Shown here one piece after another: positions 52,461-63,619 of a stretch of 64,000 bases of DNA. The notes under the pieces were generated by a model that was not told the DNA's origin, did not search any database, and was given only the letters and a program-made list of their open reading frames with translations. Numbering within the stretch: the first letter of the stretch is position 1; each line of letters starts with the position of its first letter. The translations under genes were made by a program, and so were the position numbers. The DNA is from Heliomicrobium sp. (GTDB taxonomy: Bacteria > Acidobacteriota > Blastocatellia > RBC074): assembly GCA_021155085.1 (NCBI GenBank), contig JAJNQA010000112.1, positions 8,378 to 72,377 on the forward strand, written 5' to 3'.

Positions 52461-52617
52461 GCCATTTATCTCCGGGTTGTGAATGGAATTTCGATGATTG
52501 AAAACTATCGGTCAACGACCGGGAAAATGTAATCATCCCAACTGACAAATGCAACACCCGTTTCGCCGATAAAACAGTTTTTTCGGCGTCGCCCCCACTG
52601 AATCCCTGTTTTGGAAA

Positions 52618-53286
52618 TTACTGGAGGCTTTCCTCCTTCAGACGCCATTGTCCCCCAGTGTCCAGGAAAAATTCCGCCGAGGAGGTTTTGGGAGTTTCAT
52701 CAATGCCACCAATCGCTTTTCCAACCGTGGTGGGAGTCCATTTCCATTGAAAATCGCAGATGGCTCGGTTACCGGTAATAACCGGGACAGTTCCATGTAC
52801 CCATGCTTTTCGAGCAGTGACGATCAACCAGGCCTTTTCGCCAGCAGGGCCTGTGGTGCTTTTCCATTCGCTGGAAGCAGCTTCGCTTTCTCCCTCGGGT
52901 GTCAGCCGGAAAACCGCGCCAATATCCTGACCAAGCGCCACCGTGTTTGGTTTTGTGGTAACCCAGCCTTTGGCCAGATAGGGCTTTATCTCCGGGTGTT
53001 CCGCAATCAAGTCTTTCTCCAGGAAAACCTTATTCTCAAACAACACCAGTGTGGTGGAGATGGTCTTTTTCATAAAACTGGAGGCGCTCAGAAGCTCCTT
53101 CGCCGACACGGGCGCCGGAGCCTGAGTCGTCAGGCCCGGGGTGCAATTGCTGAGCAGAAAACCTGCCAGGATCAGGACACAAAGCTGACTGAGCCTGCTG
53201 AAACAGGCCTTGCCTTGGGTGAGTAAAGTGACTGAATTTGTTTTTGATTTTGCGGCTGCGGTTTTTATTTCAACAGTGAATTTCAT
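52618..53286 (-). CDS. Hypothetical lipoprotein or secreted protein
   Basis: Hydrophobic segment LCVLILAGFLLSNC (lipobox-like). GAGGAG ribosome-binding site before the ATG at 53284-53286. The upstream in-frame extension may belong to a frameshifted SRPBCC gene. Confidence 0.35.
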   Translation of the reverse strand: MKFTVEIKTAAAKSKTNSVTLLTQGKACFSRLSQLCVLILAGFLLSNCTPGLTTQAPAPVSAKELLSASSFMKKTISTTLVLFENKVFLEKDLIAEHPEIKPYLAKGWVTTKPNTVALGQDIGAVFRLTPEGESEAASSEWKSTTGPAGEKAWLIVTARKAWVHGTVPVITGNRAICDFQWKWTPTTVGKAIGGIDETPKTSSAEFFLDTGGQWRLKEESLQ

Positions 53287-53606
53287 GGTAAAGCTCCTCG
53301 TCATCACCTGAAAACAGTGACTGGCAAAAGGTGAATCGTCGGATCCACCGTCACGATGGCGATTTCCCTGCACCAACCCCTGGCGGATGATAATTCGGTT
53401 GGACGGCTTTTGATGGCTTGCAGGAACTTGGCTGATCTGAAAACGCTTGGGTTCAACAAGCGGCAGGTCAGTGATCAAGGATCTGTTTGACCAGGCGCGA
53501 GCGATCAATTCTGCACGCGAACCGATTCTTTCCCAGCCAGTTGGTGATGTAAAGCCAAAGGGGTGGAAGAAGCGTTTTTTTTACCATTCAGTACGTCACG
53601 CCGTGT

Positions 53607-53828
53607 TCAACATGGAATTTCATCCCCGCCGTTTTCGCCCGTGTAGCGGCTGTAGCCCCAGTCTTTCCAGTGAAGTTGAATCTTGCCGCCAGGCCGAGCA
53701 TCAATCAAAGCATCTGTGGTAAACCAGGCGTTCACTCCCTCCGCCATGGCAATGGCATCGTAAACACGTTCGGGTATTGCACGAACCAGTGTCGTGACAC
53801 GAACTTTTTCATCAATCATTTTTTTCAT
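53607..53828 (-). pseudogene. SRPBCC (AHSA1/START-like) family gene, apparently truncated or frameshifted
   Basis: MKKMIDEKVRVTTLVRAIPERVYDAIAMAEGVNAWFT...GGKIQLHWKDWGY is the N-terminal half of an AHSA1-type domain. Stop after 73 aa. The missing ~75 aa would fit the open frame at 53287-53508. Confidence 0.35.
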
Positions 53829-54044
53829 GGCACTTCCCTTCCGCGTTGTTTGTCGCAGTGCGTCAACAGCCGCAGCGATCATCGCGATTGACTTCGCGCT
53901 TCGCAGTGATTTTCGCGCCCTTTTCACGGGGCAGGCGGCTTCTGCAGAATCGGTCACCATCAAATGACCAGCAGGAAAAGTTTCATGTGATCGCTCCTCT
54001 GACACTCAAGGCTGATTGAGCCTGCCAGGTTCAGCGAAGAAATC

Positions 54045-55472
54045 TTATTGGAGAGCATCCAGCAGCTTCTGATGAATTCCGCCAAAGCCTCCGTTCGACA
54101 TCACCACCACCACATCGTCCGCGCGCAGTTCCGGCGCAAGATGCTGGACAATCGCCTCCGCGCCTTCAATCGAATACGCCAGTTTGCCCGCCGCGTGGAG
54201 GTCGGTGATTAATTCATCCACCGACAGTTGTTCTTCAGCCGCAACGCGGAAGGATTCAAACAGCGGCGCGATGACGACGTAATCCGCCGGGGCGAAGGAT
54301 TGCGGATAGACTTTCTGGAAGATCTTCTTGCGTGTGGTCCACGAACGCGGCTCGAAGATGGCGACGATGCGGCGTCCGGGGTATTTCTGCTGCGCGCCGA
54401 GCAGCGTTTCGCGAATCGCCGTCGGATGGTGGGCGAAATCATCAATCACGGTGACGCCATTGACGACGCCGCGAATCTGCATCCGGCGTTTGACGCTTTT
54501 GAAGGTGGCCAGCGCTTCAGCGACGGCTTCGCGCCGGATTCCCAACACCTCCGCGGCAGCGATCGTTGCCAGGCAGTTTCGGATATTGAACATTCCAGCC
54601 AAGGGCGTGCGGATTTCTCCCCATTCCTTGCCTTCGCAGAGCGCTTTGAATTTCGTGGCCTCGGGCTGAAATTCGATCTGGCGCGCCGTCCATTTCGCGT
54701 CCGGATGTTCCACGCCGAAAGATTCGACCGGGCACCAGACGCCCTGCGGCTCAATCACCTTTTCGATAATTTCACGCACCACGGGAGAATCCCAACCGGC
54801 GATCAATCGTCCACTGGAAGGGATCAGATTGACCAGCAGCCGGAAGACCTTTTTCACCGCATCGAGCGAAGGATAAATATCCGCGTGGTCGTATTCGATG
54901 TTGTTCAGGATGACCAGATCAGGCAGGTAGTGCAGATACTTTGGCCCCTTGTCCCAGTATGCGGTGTCGTATTCGTCGCCTTCGATCACGAAATGATTGG
55001 AGCCTGTCACTTTGAAACTGGCGCCGAAGTTCTCCGCCACGCCCCCAACCAGAAACGACGGATCGAGTCCACCGACTTCCATCACCCAGGCCATCAGCGA
55101 AGTGGTGGTGGTCTTGCCGTGCGTGCCGGCAACGACGGTCGAATGCTTGCCGCGGATGAACTGCTCGCGAATGACCTCGGGCATCGAGGCGCAGCGCAGC
55201 TTGTGGTCAAGCGCATATTCGATCTCCGCGTTGCCGCGCGAAGTGGCGTTGCCAACAACGACCAGGTCGGGCGGCGCTCCGCCGAGTTGCAGATGCGCGG
55301 CGTCGAACCCTTCGAAGGTTTCAATGCCCAGCCGCTTCAGTTCGTCGCCCATCGGCGGATAAAACGCCTTGTCCGAACCGGTGACGCGGTGGCCTTGTGT
55401 TTTGAGCATTCCAGCCAGCGATCCCATCGCCGTGCCGCAAACGCCGATCAAATGGAAATGTTTTTGCTGCAT
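54045..55472 (-). CDS. mpl: UDP-N-acetylmuramate:L-alanyl-gamma-D-glutamyl-meso-diaminopimelate ligase (murein peptide ligase)
   Basis: HLIGVCGTAMGSLAGMLKTQGHRVTGSDKAFYPPMGDELKRLGIE is the Mpl-type N-terminus. Mur-ligase central and C-domains follow. Confidence 0.8.
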   Translation of the reverse strand: MQQKHFHLIGVCGTAMGSLAGMLKTQGHRVTGSDKAFYPPMGDELKRLGIETFEGFDAAHLQLGGAPPDLVVVGNATSRGNAEIEYALDHKLRCASMPEVIREQFIRGKHSTVVAGTHGKTTTTSLMAWVMEVGGLDPSFLVGGVAENFGASFKVTGSNHFVIEGDEYDTAYWDKGPKYLHYLPDLVILNNIEYDHADIYPSLDAVKKVFRLLVNLIPSSGRLIAGWDSPVVREIIEKVIEPQGVWCPVESFGVEHPDAKWTARQIEFQPEATKFKALCEGKEWGEIRTPLAGMFNIRNCLATIAAAEVLGIRREAVAEALATFKSVKRRMQIRGVVNGVTVIDDFAHHPTAIRETLLGAQQKYPGRRIVAIFEPRSWTTRKKIFQKVYPQSFAPADYVVIAPLFESFRVAAEEQLSVDELITDLHAAGKLAYSIEGAEAIVQHLAPELRADDVVVVMSNGGFGGIHQKLLDALQ

Positions 55473-55590
55473 CCCTTATCGCTTTGTTGTTTGATTTGAT
55501 CGTTCTGTGGGGAACGCCGGGATTATAGCGGTGGCGAGATGATTTCGGTAGCAATTTGAATTTGCCGTATTGATTCGATAGATTGCCGCC

Positions 55591-55680
55591 GCTGGCAGGT
55601 TTCCAAATTCCAGCAGTCGCACAAAAGCAGGGCAGCAGGTTTCCAAGTTCCGGAAGTCGCACAAAAGCAGGGCAGCAATG
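55591..55680. repeat. 40-bp tandem direct repeat (2.25 copies) that runs into the start codon of the downstream gene
   Basis: GGCAGCAGGTTTCCAAATTCCAGCAGTCGCACAAAAGCAG, then GGCAGCAGGTTTCCAAGTTCCGGAAGTCGCACAAAAGCAG, then GGCAGCAATG. Four mismatches between the two full copies. Confidence 0.7.
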
Positions 55681-56010
55681 AAATCCACGCACGTTCCGAG
55701 ATGGTCCATTGCCGGGATGGTGTTCATCCTTATTGCCATTCCAGCGATTCTCGAAAAGATTCCCCCTAACCGTTGGTATGGCTTTCGCGTGGCGAAGACC
55801 TTATCTGACGAGCGAATCTGGTACGCGGCCAATCGAGTCATGGGAATTGACTTGTTGATCGCGGGCATGATCATTGTGACTGGCGCCTTTATCACGGCCC
55901 GGTTGATTCGATGGAATCCGCACCGCGCCAATCGAACCTGTTTTCTGATTTTTCTGCTTTCGTTGTCTGCCGCCCTGGCGCATGGCTATTGGGCGCTTGG
56001 CCGCATGTGA
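55678..56010 (+). CDS. SdpI/YhfL-family small membrane protein
   Basis: IPPNRWYGFRVAKTLSDERIWYAANRVMG with three TM helices. Confidence 0.5.
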   Translation: MKSTHVPRWSIAGMVFILIAIPAILEKIPPNRWYGFRVAKTLSDERIWYAANRVMGIDLLIAGMIIVTGAFITARLIRWNPHRANRTCFLIFLLSLSAALAHGYWALGRM

Positions 56011-56019
56011 GCAATCGTT

Positions 56020-56535
56020 ATGAAATCACTTCGCAGAGATTTTCTCGCCGCCGCGCTGTCGCTGGGCGCGGTTTCCTTTCCGGCACAGGCGCGGAACCTT
56101 CCCGTCCATTCCGAAGAAGTCCAGGATATTTCGCTGCGCGGACGGGTGGTCTGCCTGACCGAAGAATTGGACAAACGATTCAACGTGCTGCCGGATTGCG
56201 ATAATCGCGGTCACGTGTACAGCCTGAAAACCGCTGACGGCAGGATTCATCCCTTCCTGCCCACGGATTCCGCCGCCGCCATCTGGATGGATGAGCGTTT
56301 CCGTCAACGCGAGTTGCAAGTCACCGCACGCAACTTTCCAAACACCAACTTTATTGAAGTCATCAAGCTGCAATCCTGGAAAGACGGCAAACGGCACGAT
56401 CTGTATTACTTTTGCGACATCTGCTACATCACTGCCTTCAAACCCGGCCCGTGCGAATGCTGCCAGGAACCCATCGAATTTCGCGAAACGCTTGCCGAAG
56501 AAGATGGAGGAAAGGGGAGACTGGGAGAAATTTAA
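56020..56535 (+). CDS. Tat-signal hypothetical protein with a Cys-rich C-terminus
   Basis: RRDFLAAALSLGAVSFPAQA twin-arginine leader. C-terminus YYFCDICYITAFKPGPCECCQEP. Confidence 0.4.
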   Translation: MKSLRRDFLAAALSLGAVSFPAQARNLPVHSEEVQDISLRGRVVCLTEELDKRFNVLPDCDNRGHVYSLKTADGRIHPFLPTDSAAAIWMDERFRQRELQVTARNFPNTNFIEVIKLQSWKDGKRHDLYYFCDICYITAFKPGPCECCQEPIEFRETLAEEDGGKGRLGEI

Positions 56536-56623
56536 GTTCAGATTATCTCCCAACCTCCCCAACTCCCAATCTCCCTGTCCCCTTGTCTCCTCTTCACCTC
56601 GTCCCCCAGTCTCCTTCTCTTCA

Positions 56624-57466
56624 TTATTCAGCCGATCCCGTTGATCTTGCGGCGTGGCGAAAGGCGTTTGGTGTCATCCCCGTCGCTTCCCGGAATATTT
56701 TGGTGAAATGGCTCTGGCTGCCGTAGCCGACCTGTGCGCCCACTTCAGTAATCGGCAGATCGCTTTCCGCCAGCAAGCGCCGCGCGCGTTCGATCCGTAA
56801 TCCGGCCAAAAAGCCGTGCGGCGTTGAGCCGGTAATCTTTTTGAACAACCGGGCGAAGTGGAATTCGCTGAGGTAAGCCGCCGCCGCGATTTCCGACAGC
56901 GACAATTCCCGCCCGCAGTTGTCGTGCATGAATTCAATCGCCCGGCGCAACCGCCGGTCAACAACGCCGACGCGGGAAAGTTCGATTTCGTCCGAAGGCT
57001 GCACATTGATATGCGCCCGCAACAGGTAAACCGACAATTGATTGATGTGGGAACGAATGACTTCGCGCCAGCCTGCCGCGCTGCTTTCCATTTCACCGGC
57101 AATCGCTTCCAGCACGCCGCGCAGTTTCCTGTCGCCGGATACGGAAGTCAGCGGCAGACGAAAAAGCAGATTCGCGCCGCGGCGATTCAGCCGCAGTCTG
57201 GTGGCCGTTTCAATCAATAACGCCGGCGCAATGCGCACCAGCAAGAACTCATTTTGTTTTTGATTGAGAGAGAGCCGCGCGGTTTGATTTGGATTGATGA
57301 ACAGGCTCGTCCCCGTAATGTAATCTGGATTTTGCGATTTCAGAAAATGCAGGACCAGAAAGTCTGGCACCGGCGCCAATTCAAATTCAGATCGGGCAAA
57401 TTCGCGCCCGGCAACAATACGGTGTTCAATTGAAAAACCTGGTTCGATGAAAAGATGGGGAGTCAT
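56624..57466 (-). CDS. AraC/XylS-family transcriptional regulator
   Basis: C-terminal double HTH LSEIAAAAYLSEFHFARLFKKITGSTPHGFLAGLRIERARRLL...VGYGSQSHFTKIFREATGMTP. Confidence 0.8.
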   Translation of the reverse strand: MTPHLFIEPGFSIEHRIVAGREFARSEFELAPVPDFLVLHFLKSQNPDYITGTSLFINPNQTARLSLNQKQNEFLLVRIAPALLIETATRLRLNRRGANLLFRLPLTSVSGDRKLRGVLEAIAGEMESSAAGWREVIRSHINQLSVYLLRAHINVQPSDEIELSRVGVVDRRLRRAIEFMHDNCGRELSLSEIAAAAYLSEFHFARLFKKITGSTPHGFLAGLRIERARRLLAESDLPITEVGAQVGYGSQSHFTKIFREATGMTPNAFRHAARSTGSAE

Positions 57467-57690
57467 AAAAATAGAATATGCCCGGCACTGACATCGCGGA
57501 GTTACAGACAGAGATTCGTATTATCCACGTTCCCCTGCCATCTGAAATGGTGAACTTCGGCTCTATTTTTCAAATGGCAGAGCTGCCCCCCCTTGTTTGT
57601 AAGGCGCGAAACATGTAAAGTTCAGTCCTCCCTAGAATTCAAAAAAATACCCTAAACCACTCATCACAAATTTTCGGAGTAGTTTTATTG

Positions 57691-59523
57691 ATGAGCAGAC
57701 CAAAAGCTCGCCTGCGGCCGGAGATCAAGGAATTCCCCAAAACTTCAACAGGCAACAATGGCTTGGATGAGATTACCAGCGGAGGTTTGCCCCAGGGGCG
57801 GCCGACGCTGGTTTGTGGCGGAGCCGGATGCGGAAAAACACTTTTCGCCATGCAGTTTCTGTTGAAGGGCGCGCTGGAATATGACGAACCTGGCGTGTTT
57901 ATGGCCTTTGAAGAAACGGCGGAAGAACTCGCGCAAAATGTCTCGTCGCTCGGATTCGATCTTGAGGACCTGATTCAACAAAAGCAGATCGTAGTTGATC
58001 ACGTGCATCTGGATCGCCGCGAGATTCACGAAACCGGAGAGTTCGATCTGGACGGACTGTTTGTCCGGCTCAATTACGCAATTGACGCAATTGGAGCCAG
58101 GCGCGTGGTGCTGGATACCATCGAGACGCTTTTCAGCGACCTGCCCAACGAGACGACACTCCGCGCCGAATTGCGCAGGCTTTTCCGATGGCTGAAAGAC
58201 AAGGGCGTGACCGCCATCATCACAGCCGAACGCGGCAGCGGGACGCTGACGCGTTACGGGTTGGAAGAATACGTTTCCGATTGCGTCATCCTGCTGGATC
58301 ATCGTGTGGAAAACCAGCTTTCCACACGCCGAATTCGCGTCATTAAGTATCGCGGCTCCACCCACGGCACGAACGAATATCCGTTCCTGATTGATAACGA
58401 CGGCATTTCCGTCCTGCCAATCACGTCGCTGGGTTTGTCGCACCAGGCAGTGTCGGAGCGGATTTCGACCGGTGTTGAGCAGTTGGACGAAATGCTCGAA
58501 GGGAAAGGCTATTTTCGTGGCAGCAGCGTGCTGATCTCCGGCACCTCCGGCACGGGCAAAACCAGCCTGGCCGCGCTGTTTGCCGCCGCCACCTGCCAGC
58601 GTGGAGAGCGTTGCCTGTATCTGGCCCTGGAAGAATCGCCGAGCCAGGTGATGCGCAACATGCGCTCCATTGGCGTGGATTTGGATCACTGGGTGAAAAA
58701 AGGACTGTTGCGATTTCAGGCGGCCCGTCCGACTGCATACGGCCTGGAAATGCATCTGGCGATTGTGCATAAAACCATCAATGATTTTGCACCGCGCGTC
58801 GTTGTCGTTGACCCGGTGACGAATCTGATGTCGGTCGGCAATGTGGATGAAGTCAAAGCCATGCTGACCCGGCTGATTGATTTTATGAAAGGGCGGCAGA
58901 TTACAGGGCTTTTCACCAGTCTGACTGACAGTGAAGGCGAGCAGGAAAGGACGGATGTCGGTATCTCTTCATTGATGGACACCTGGATTCTGCTGCAAAT
59001 GATCGAAAGCAACGGGGAACGCAACCGCGGGCTGTACGTGCTCAAGGCCCGCGGGATGGCGCACTCCAATCAGATTCGAGAATACAAGATGTCGCGTCAG
59101 GGAATTGAATTGGTTGAAGCTTATCTCGGTTCGGCCGGTGTGCTGACGGGTGCGGCGCGGCTGGCACAAGAGGCCAGGGAGAAAGCCGAGGCGCTCAATT
59201 ATCAACAGGAAATAGAACGAAAACGCCGCGAGTTGGAACGCAAACGGAAAGCGCTGGAGGCACAGATTGCTCTCTTGCGGGCGGAGTTTGAATCCGAGGC
59301 GGAAAACCTGCTCAGACTGGGCCAGCAAGAGTCGGAGCGGGAAGAAATGATCGGGCGCGCACGGTCGGAAATGGCGCGCATTCGCTATGCAGCTCCCCCG
59401 CAAAACATTACGCAAGGAGAATCTGATGGCATCCTCAACCAAAAAGGTGAGCGCAAAAAAGCGGACAAAAACCACTCTTCCGGGCGGCCTTCAAACGGCC
59501 GTTCAAACAGACGTCCAAAATGA
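57691..59523 (+). CDS. kaiC: KaiC homologue (double RecA-like ATPase) with a ~90-aa C-terminal coiled-coil extension
   Basis: CI Walker A GGAGCGKT and CII Walker A GTSGTGKT. Phosphosite-region [14 protein letters not shown]-terminal [28 protein letters not shown] coiled coil. ATG at 57691. Confidence 0.9.
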   Translation: MSRPKARLRPEIKEFPKTSTGNNGLDEITSGGLPQGRPTLVCGGAGCGKTLFAMQFLLKGALEYDEPGVFMAFEETAEELAQNVSSLGFDLEDLIQQKQIVVDHVHLDRREIHETGEFDLDGLFVRLNYAIDAIGARRVVLDTIETLFSDLPNETTLRAELRRLFRWLKDKGVTAIITAERGSGTLTRYGLEEYVSDCVILLDHRVENQLSTRRIRVIKYRGSTHGTNEYPFLIDNDGISVLPITSLGLSHQAVSERISTGVEQLDEMLEGKGYFRGSSVLISGTSGTGKTSLAALFAAATCQRGERCLYLALEESPSQVMRNMRSIGVDLDHWVKKGLLRFQAARPTAYGLEMHLAIVHKTINDFAPRVVVVDPVTNLMSVGNVDEVKAMLTRLIDFMKGRQITGLFTSLTDSEGEQERTDVGISSLMDTWILLQMIESNGERNRGLYVLKARGMAHSNQIREYKMSRQGIELVEAYLGSAGVLTGAARLAQEAREKAEALNYQQEIERKRRELERKRKALEAQIALLRAEFESEAENLLRLGQQESEREEMIGRARSEMARIRYAAPPQNITQGESDGILNQKGERKKADKNHSSGRPSNGRSNRRPK

Positions 59524-59800
59524 TGAAATCTGGCGATTACGGCTGTATGTCGCCGGACAAACGCCCAAATGTTTGAAAGCATTCGCCAACCTGAAACAGA
59601 TTTGCGAAGACCACCTGGCAGGCAAGTATCAAATCGAACTGATTGATTTGCTGGTCAATCCCCAACTGGCCCGGGGCGATCAAATCCTGGCCATCCCCAC
59701 CTTGGTTAGAAAGCTGCCGGAACCGGTCCGGAAAATCATCGGCGACCTCTCCGACGCCGAGCGCGTACTGGTCGGACTTGACCTCCGGCCGATTCAATAA
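59426..59800 (+). CDS. kaiB: KaiB homologue (copy 1, with an N-terminal Lys-rich extension)
   Basis: [26 protein letters not shown]...[31 protein letters not shown] ribosome-binding site. Overlaps the kaiC 3' end by 98 bp in another frame. Confidence 0.85.
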   Translation: MASSTKKVSAKKRTKTTLPGGLQTAVQTDVQNDEIWRLRLYVAGQTPKCLKAFANLKQICEDHLAGKYQIELIDLLVNPQLARGDQILAIPTLVRKLPEPVRKIIGDLSDAERVLVGLDLRPIQ

Positions 59801-59824
59801 ACGCTCCCCGGCCAAGGACCTTGT

Positions 59825-60169
59825 ATGGCGACGATGAACACATCACAAGAAACTCTCGCCGACTTTGAAGAGTCATTGGAAAAGTCGAAAAATGAGATGT
59901 ACGTGCTGCGGCTGTACGTCAGCGGCGCTTCTCCGAAGTCCTCGCGCGCGATCCTGAACGTCAAGAAAATGTGCGAAAAACGCCTGGCGGGCCGCTACGA
60001 ACTGCAAGTAATTGACGTTTATCAAAAAACCACGCTCGCCGTCGGCGAGCAAATCATTGCCGTCCCCACACTCATCAAAAAGTTGCCCGAACCTTTACAG
60101 AAACTGATTGGGGACATGTCCAACGTCGAACAGGTGTTGCTGGGCATGGATTTGCTTCCCAAAGCCTAG
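59825..60169 (+). CDS. kaiB: KaiB homologue (copy 2)
   Basis: YVLRLYVSGASPKSSRAILNVKKMCE...IIAVPTLIKKLPEPLQKLIGDMSN. Confidence 0.85.
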   Translation: MATMNTSQETLADFEESLEKSKNEMYVLRLYVSGASPKSSRAILNVKKMCEKRLAGRYELQVIDVYQKTTLAVGEQIIAVPTLIKKLPEPLQKLIGDMSNVEQVLLGMDLLPKA

Positions 60170-60180
60170 AGAAGAAGCAC

Positions 60181-62280
60181 ATGAGCAGAGTCGAGACGTC
60201 GCCAATGCCGCGACCAGGGTATGAAGAGCTTGAAGCGCGGCTGTTGGAAGCCGAAGAAACATTGCGAGCCATCCGTTCCGGGGAAATTGATGCGCTCGTC
60301 GTCTCAGGACCGGAAGGCGAGCAGATTTACACGCTGAAGACGGCGGAGCATCCTTACCGCGTCCTGGTCGAAGCGATGAATGAGGGAGCCGTCACGCTCA
60401 ACCAGGACAGCACGATCCTCTATTCCAATCAGAGCTTCGCCAATCTTCTTAAAATTTCGTCCGAACGGGTTCTCGGCTCTACATTCAGCCAATTCGTCGC
60501 TCCCGCCGACCGGTTGCGGCTGGAGGCCCTGCTCTGTCAGTGTGCGAATAAAGCGGCAAAGGGCGAGATCACACTGGTCTGCGGAGACGGTAGCGAGGTC
60601 CCGGCGCACCTTTCCTTAAGCCCGCTCCCTTCGGAAGAAGTGCAAAGTGTCAGCGTCGTGGTCACCGATCTGACCGAGCAAAAGCGGCAGCAGGAACTGG
60701 TTGCGTCGGAAAAACTGCTGCGCTCCATCCTGGAGCAGGCGGCGGAGGCGACGGTGGTTTGCAATGAATACGGAATCATCATTCACGCCAGCCGCAGAGC
60801 CTATGAGCTTTGCGGCTGCAATCCGGTGCTGCATTCTTTTGATGAGGTGTTGCCACTATGCACCTCCTCGCCGGAGAGCGAATCCAGGCGGGAGAGCCTT
60901 TCCTTCTCAGCCATTGTCGAGAGCAAGGAATTGCAGGGAATGGAAGCGGTTTTTGATCGCGCTGATGGCCAGGTCATCAATCTGTTGCTGAGCGCGGGAC
61001 TGGTCCTGGACTTCCAGGGAAAAATGCTCGGCTGCGTCGTCACCATGCGGGACATCACACGGCGCAAGGAGGCGGAGGCGGAGCGCGAGCGGATGCTGAT
61101 GCGCGAGCAAACACTTCGCATCAAGGCCGAAGAAGCGAGCCGCCTGAAGGACGAATTCCTGGCCGTCGTTTCGCACGAACTGAAGACGCCGCTGAACGCC
61201 ATCTACGGCTGGGCCGAAATGCTGCGCGGCGGCCTGCTCTCTGCCGCGCAGGGGCAGCAGGCCATCGAAACCGTTGCCCGCAACGCAAAGGCGCAGGGTC
61301 AGATTATTGATGATCTGCTCGATGTATCGCGAATCATTACGGGCAAGATGCGGCTCAACACGAAGAGCCTTTCACTGGCCAATGTCATTGAGGCTGCCGT
61401 CGAAACCGTCCGTCACGCTGCTGAAGCCAAAAAAATCCGGCTCGAAGTAACTACCGATCCTGAATTGGGACCGGTGATGGGCGACGTTGACCGCCTGCAA
61501 CAAATCGTCTGGAACCTGCTTTCGAATGCGATCAAGTTCACCCCCAAAGGCGGCCTGGTGCTGATCAAAACCATTCAGGTGGGTTCCCAGGTCGAAATTA
61601 ACATCAGCGACAATGGCCAGGGCATCAAACCCAATTTTCTGCCTTATGTTTTCGACCGCTTCCGGCAGGAGGACGCAACGACCAAAAGGCAGCACGGCGG
61701 TTTGGGTTTGGGCCTGGCGATCGTGCGCCAACTGGTGGAATTGCATGGCGGAACGGTGCATGTCGAGAGCGCCGGAGAAGGACAAGGCGCGACCTTCACC
61801 ATCTCGCTGCCGGTGCCTGGGAAAAACTCCGGCGCGCTTCATCGAGTTGACAGACTGAATGGGAAAAGTGTTGCCCCTGCCCTATCCGAGACCCTGGCCG
61901 GAATCATTTCGGGAATTCGTGTGCTGTTGGTGGACGACGAACTGGACACGCTCGTGCTCACCGCCCTGATCCTGGAAAGAGGCGGCGCGGAGGTCAGGAC
62001 GGCAGACAACGCCGCCGAAGGCTATCTCTTGTTTTCTGAATGGAAGCCCGATGTCATCGTCTCGGACATCGGCATGGCGCACGAAGACGGCTATGACTTT
62101 CTACGCCGTGTGCGAGAGCAGGACAAAATCGTTCCGGCCGTGGCGCTGACGGCTTATACGCGCACCGAAGATCGCATCCATGCATTTTCAGCCGGCTTCC
62201 AGATGCACGTTTCCAAGCCGGTTGAGCCGAAGGAACTGCTGACGGTGGTCGCCAGTCTGACCACCCTCAACAAAAAATAA
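60181..62280 (+). CDS. Hybrid sensor histidine kinase (coiled-coil - 2x PAS - HisKA - HATPase_c - C-terminal REC)
   Basis: H-box VVSHELKTPLNAI. G-boxes DNGQGI and GGLGLGLAIV. Receiver LLVDDE...DVIVSDIGMA...K. 12 bp downstream of kaiB-2. Confidence 0.85.
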   Translation: MSRVETSPMPRPGYEELEARLLEAEETLRAIRSGEIDALVVSGPEGEQIYTLKTAEHPYRVLVEAMNEGAVTLNQDSTILYSNQSFANLLKISSERVLGSTFSQFVAPADRLRLEALLCQCANKAAKGEITLVCGDGSEVPAHLSLSPLPSEEVQSVSVVVTDLTEQKRQQELVASEKLLRSILEQAAEATVVCNEYGIIIHASRRAYELCGCNPVLHSFDEVLPLCTSSPESESRRESLSFSAIVESKELQGMEAVFDRADGQVINLLLSAGLVLDFQGKMLGCVVTMRDITRRKEAEAERERMLMREQTLRIKAEEASRLKDEFLAVVSHELKTPLNAIYGWAEMLRGGLLSAAQGQQAIETVARNAKAQGQIIDDLLDVSRIITGKMRLNTKSLSLANVIEAAVETVRHAAEAKKIRLEVTTDPELGPVMGDVDRLQQIVWNLLSNAIKFTPKGGLVLIKTIQVGSQVEINISDNGQGIKPNFLPYVFDRFRQEDATTKRQHGGLGLGLAIVRQLVELHGGTVHVESAGEGQGATFTISLPVPGKNSGALHRVDRLNGKSVAPALSETLAGIISGIRVLLVDDELDTLVLTALILERGGAEVRTADNAAEGYLLFSEWKPDVIVSDIGMAHEDGYDFLRRVREQDKIVPAVALTAYTRTEDRIHAFSAGFQMHVSKPVEPKELLTVVASLTTLNKK

Positions 62281-62301
62281 GCCGCCATCAGAGCAATGCC
62301 T

Positions 62302-63591
<1,290 letters not shown>

Positions 63592-63619
63592 CGTAGCTCC
63601 TTAGAACGTGGAACAGACT

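Noticed and set aside
57500-57560. CTGCCAT-N26-ATGGCAG inverted repeat in the araC/kaiC divergent promoter
   Set aside because: Short 7-bp arms with a long spacer. It is a plausible regulator site but not distinguishable from chance without comparative data.
59387-59523. The 98-bp kaiC/kaiB-1 overlap as a possible mis-assembly or as evidence that KaiC ends earlier
   Set aside because: KaiC's frame stays open with a coherent coiled-coil/Lys-rich tail to 59523, and kaiB-1 has its own AAGGAGA ribosome-binding site at 59414-59420. The overlap is therefore kept as real, and flagged for read-level verification in the kai-cluster finding.
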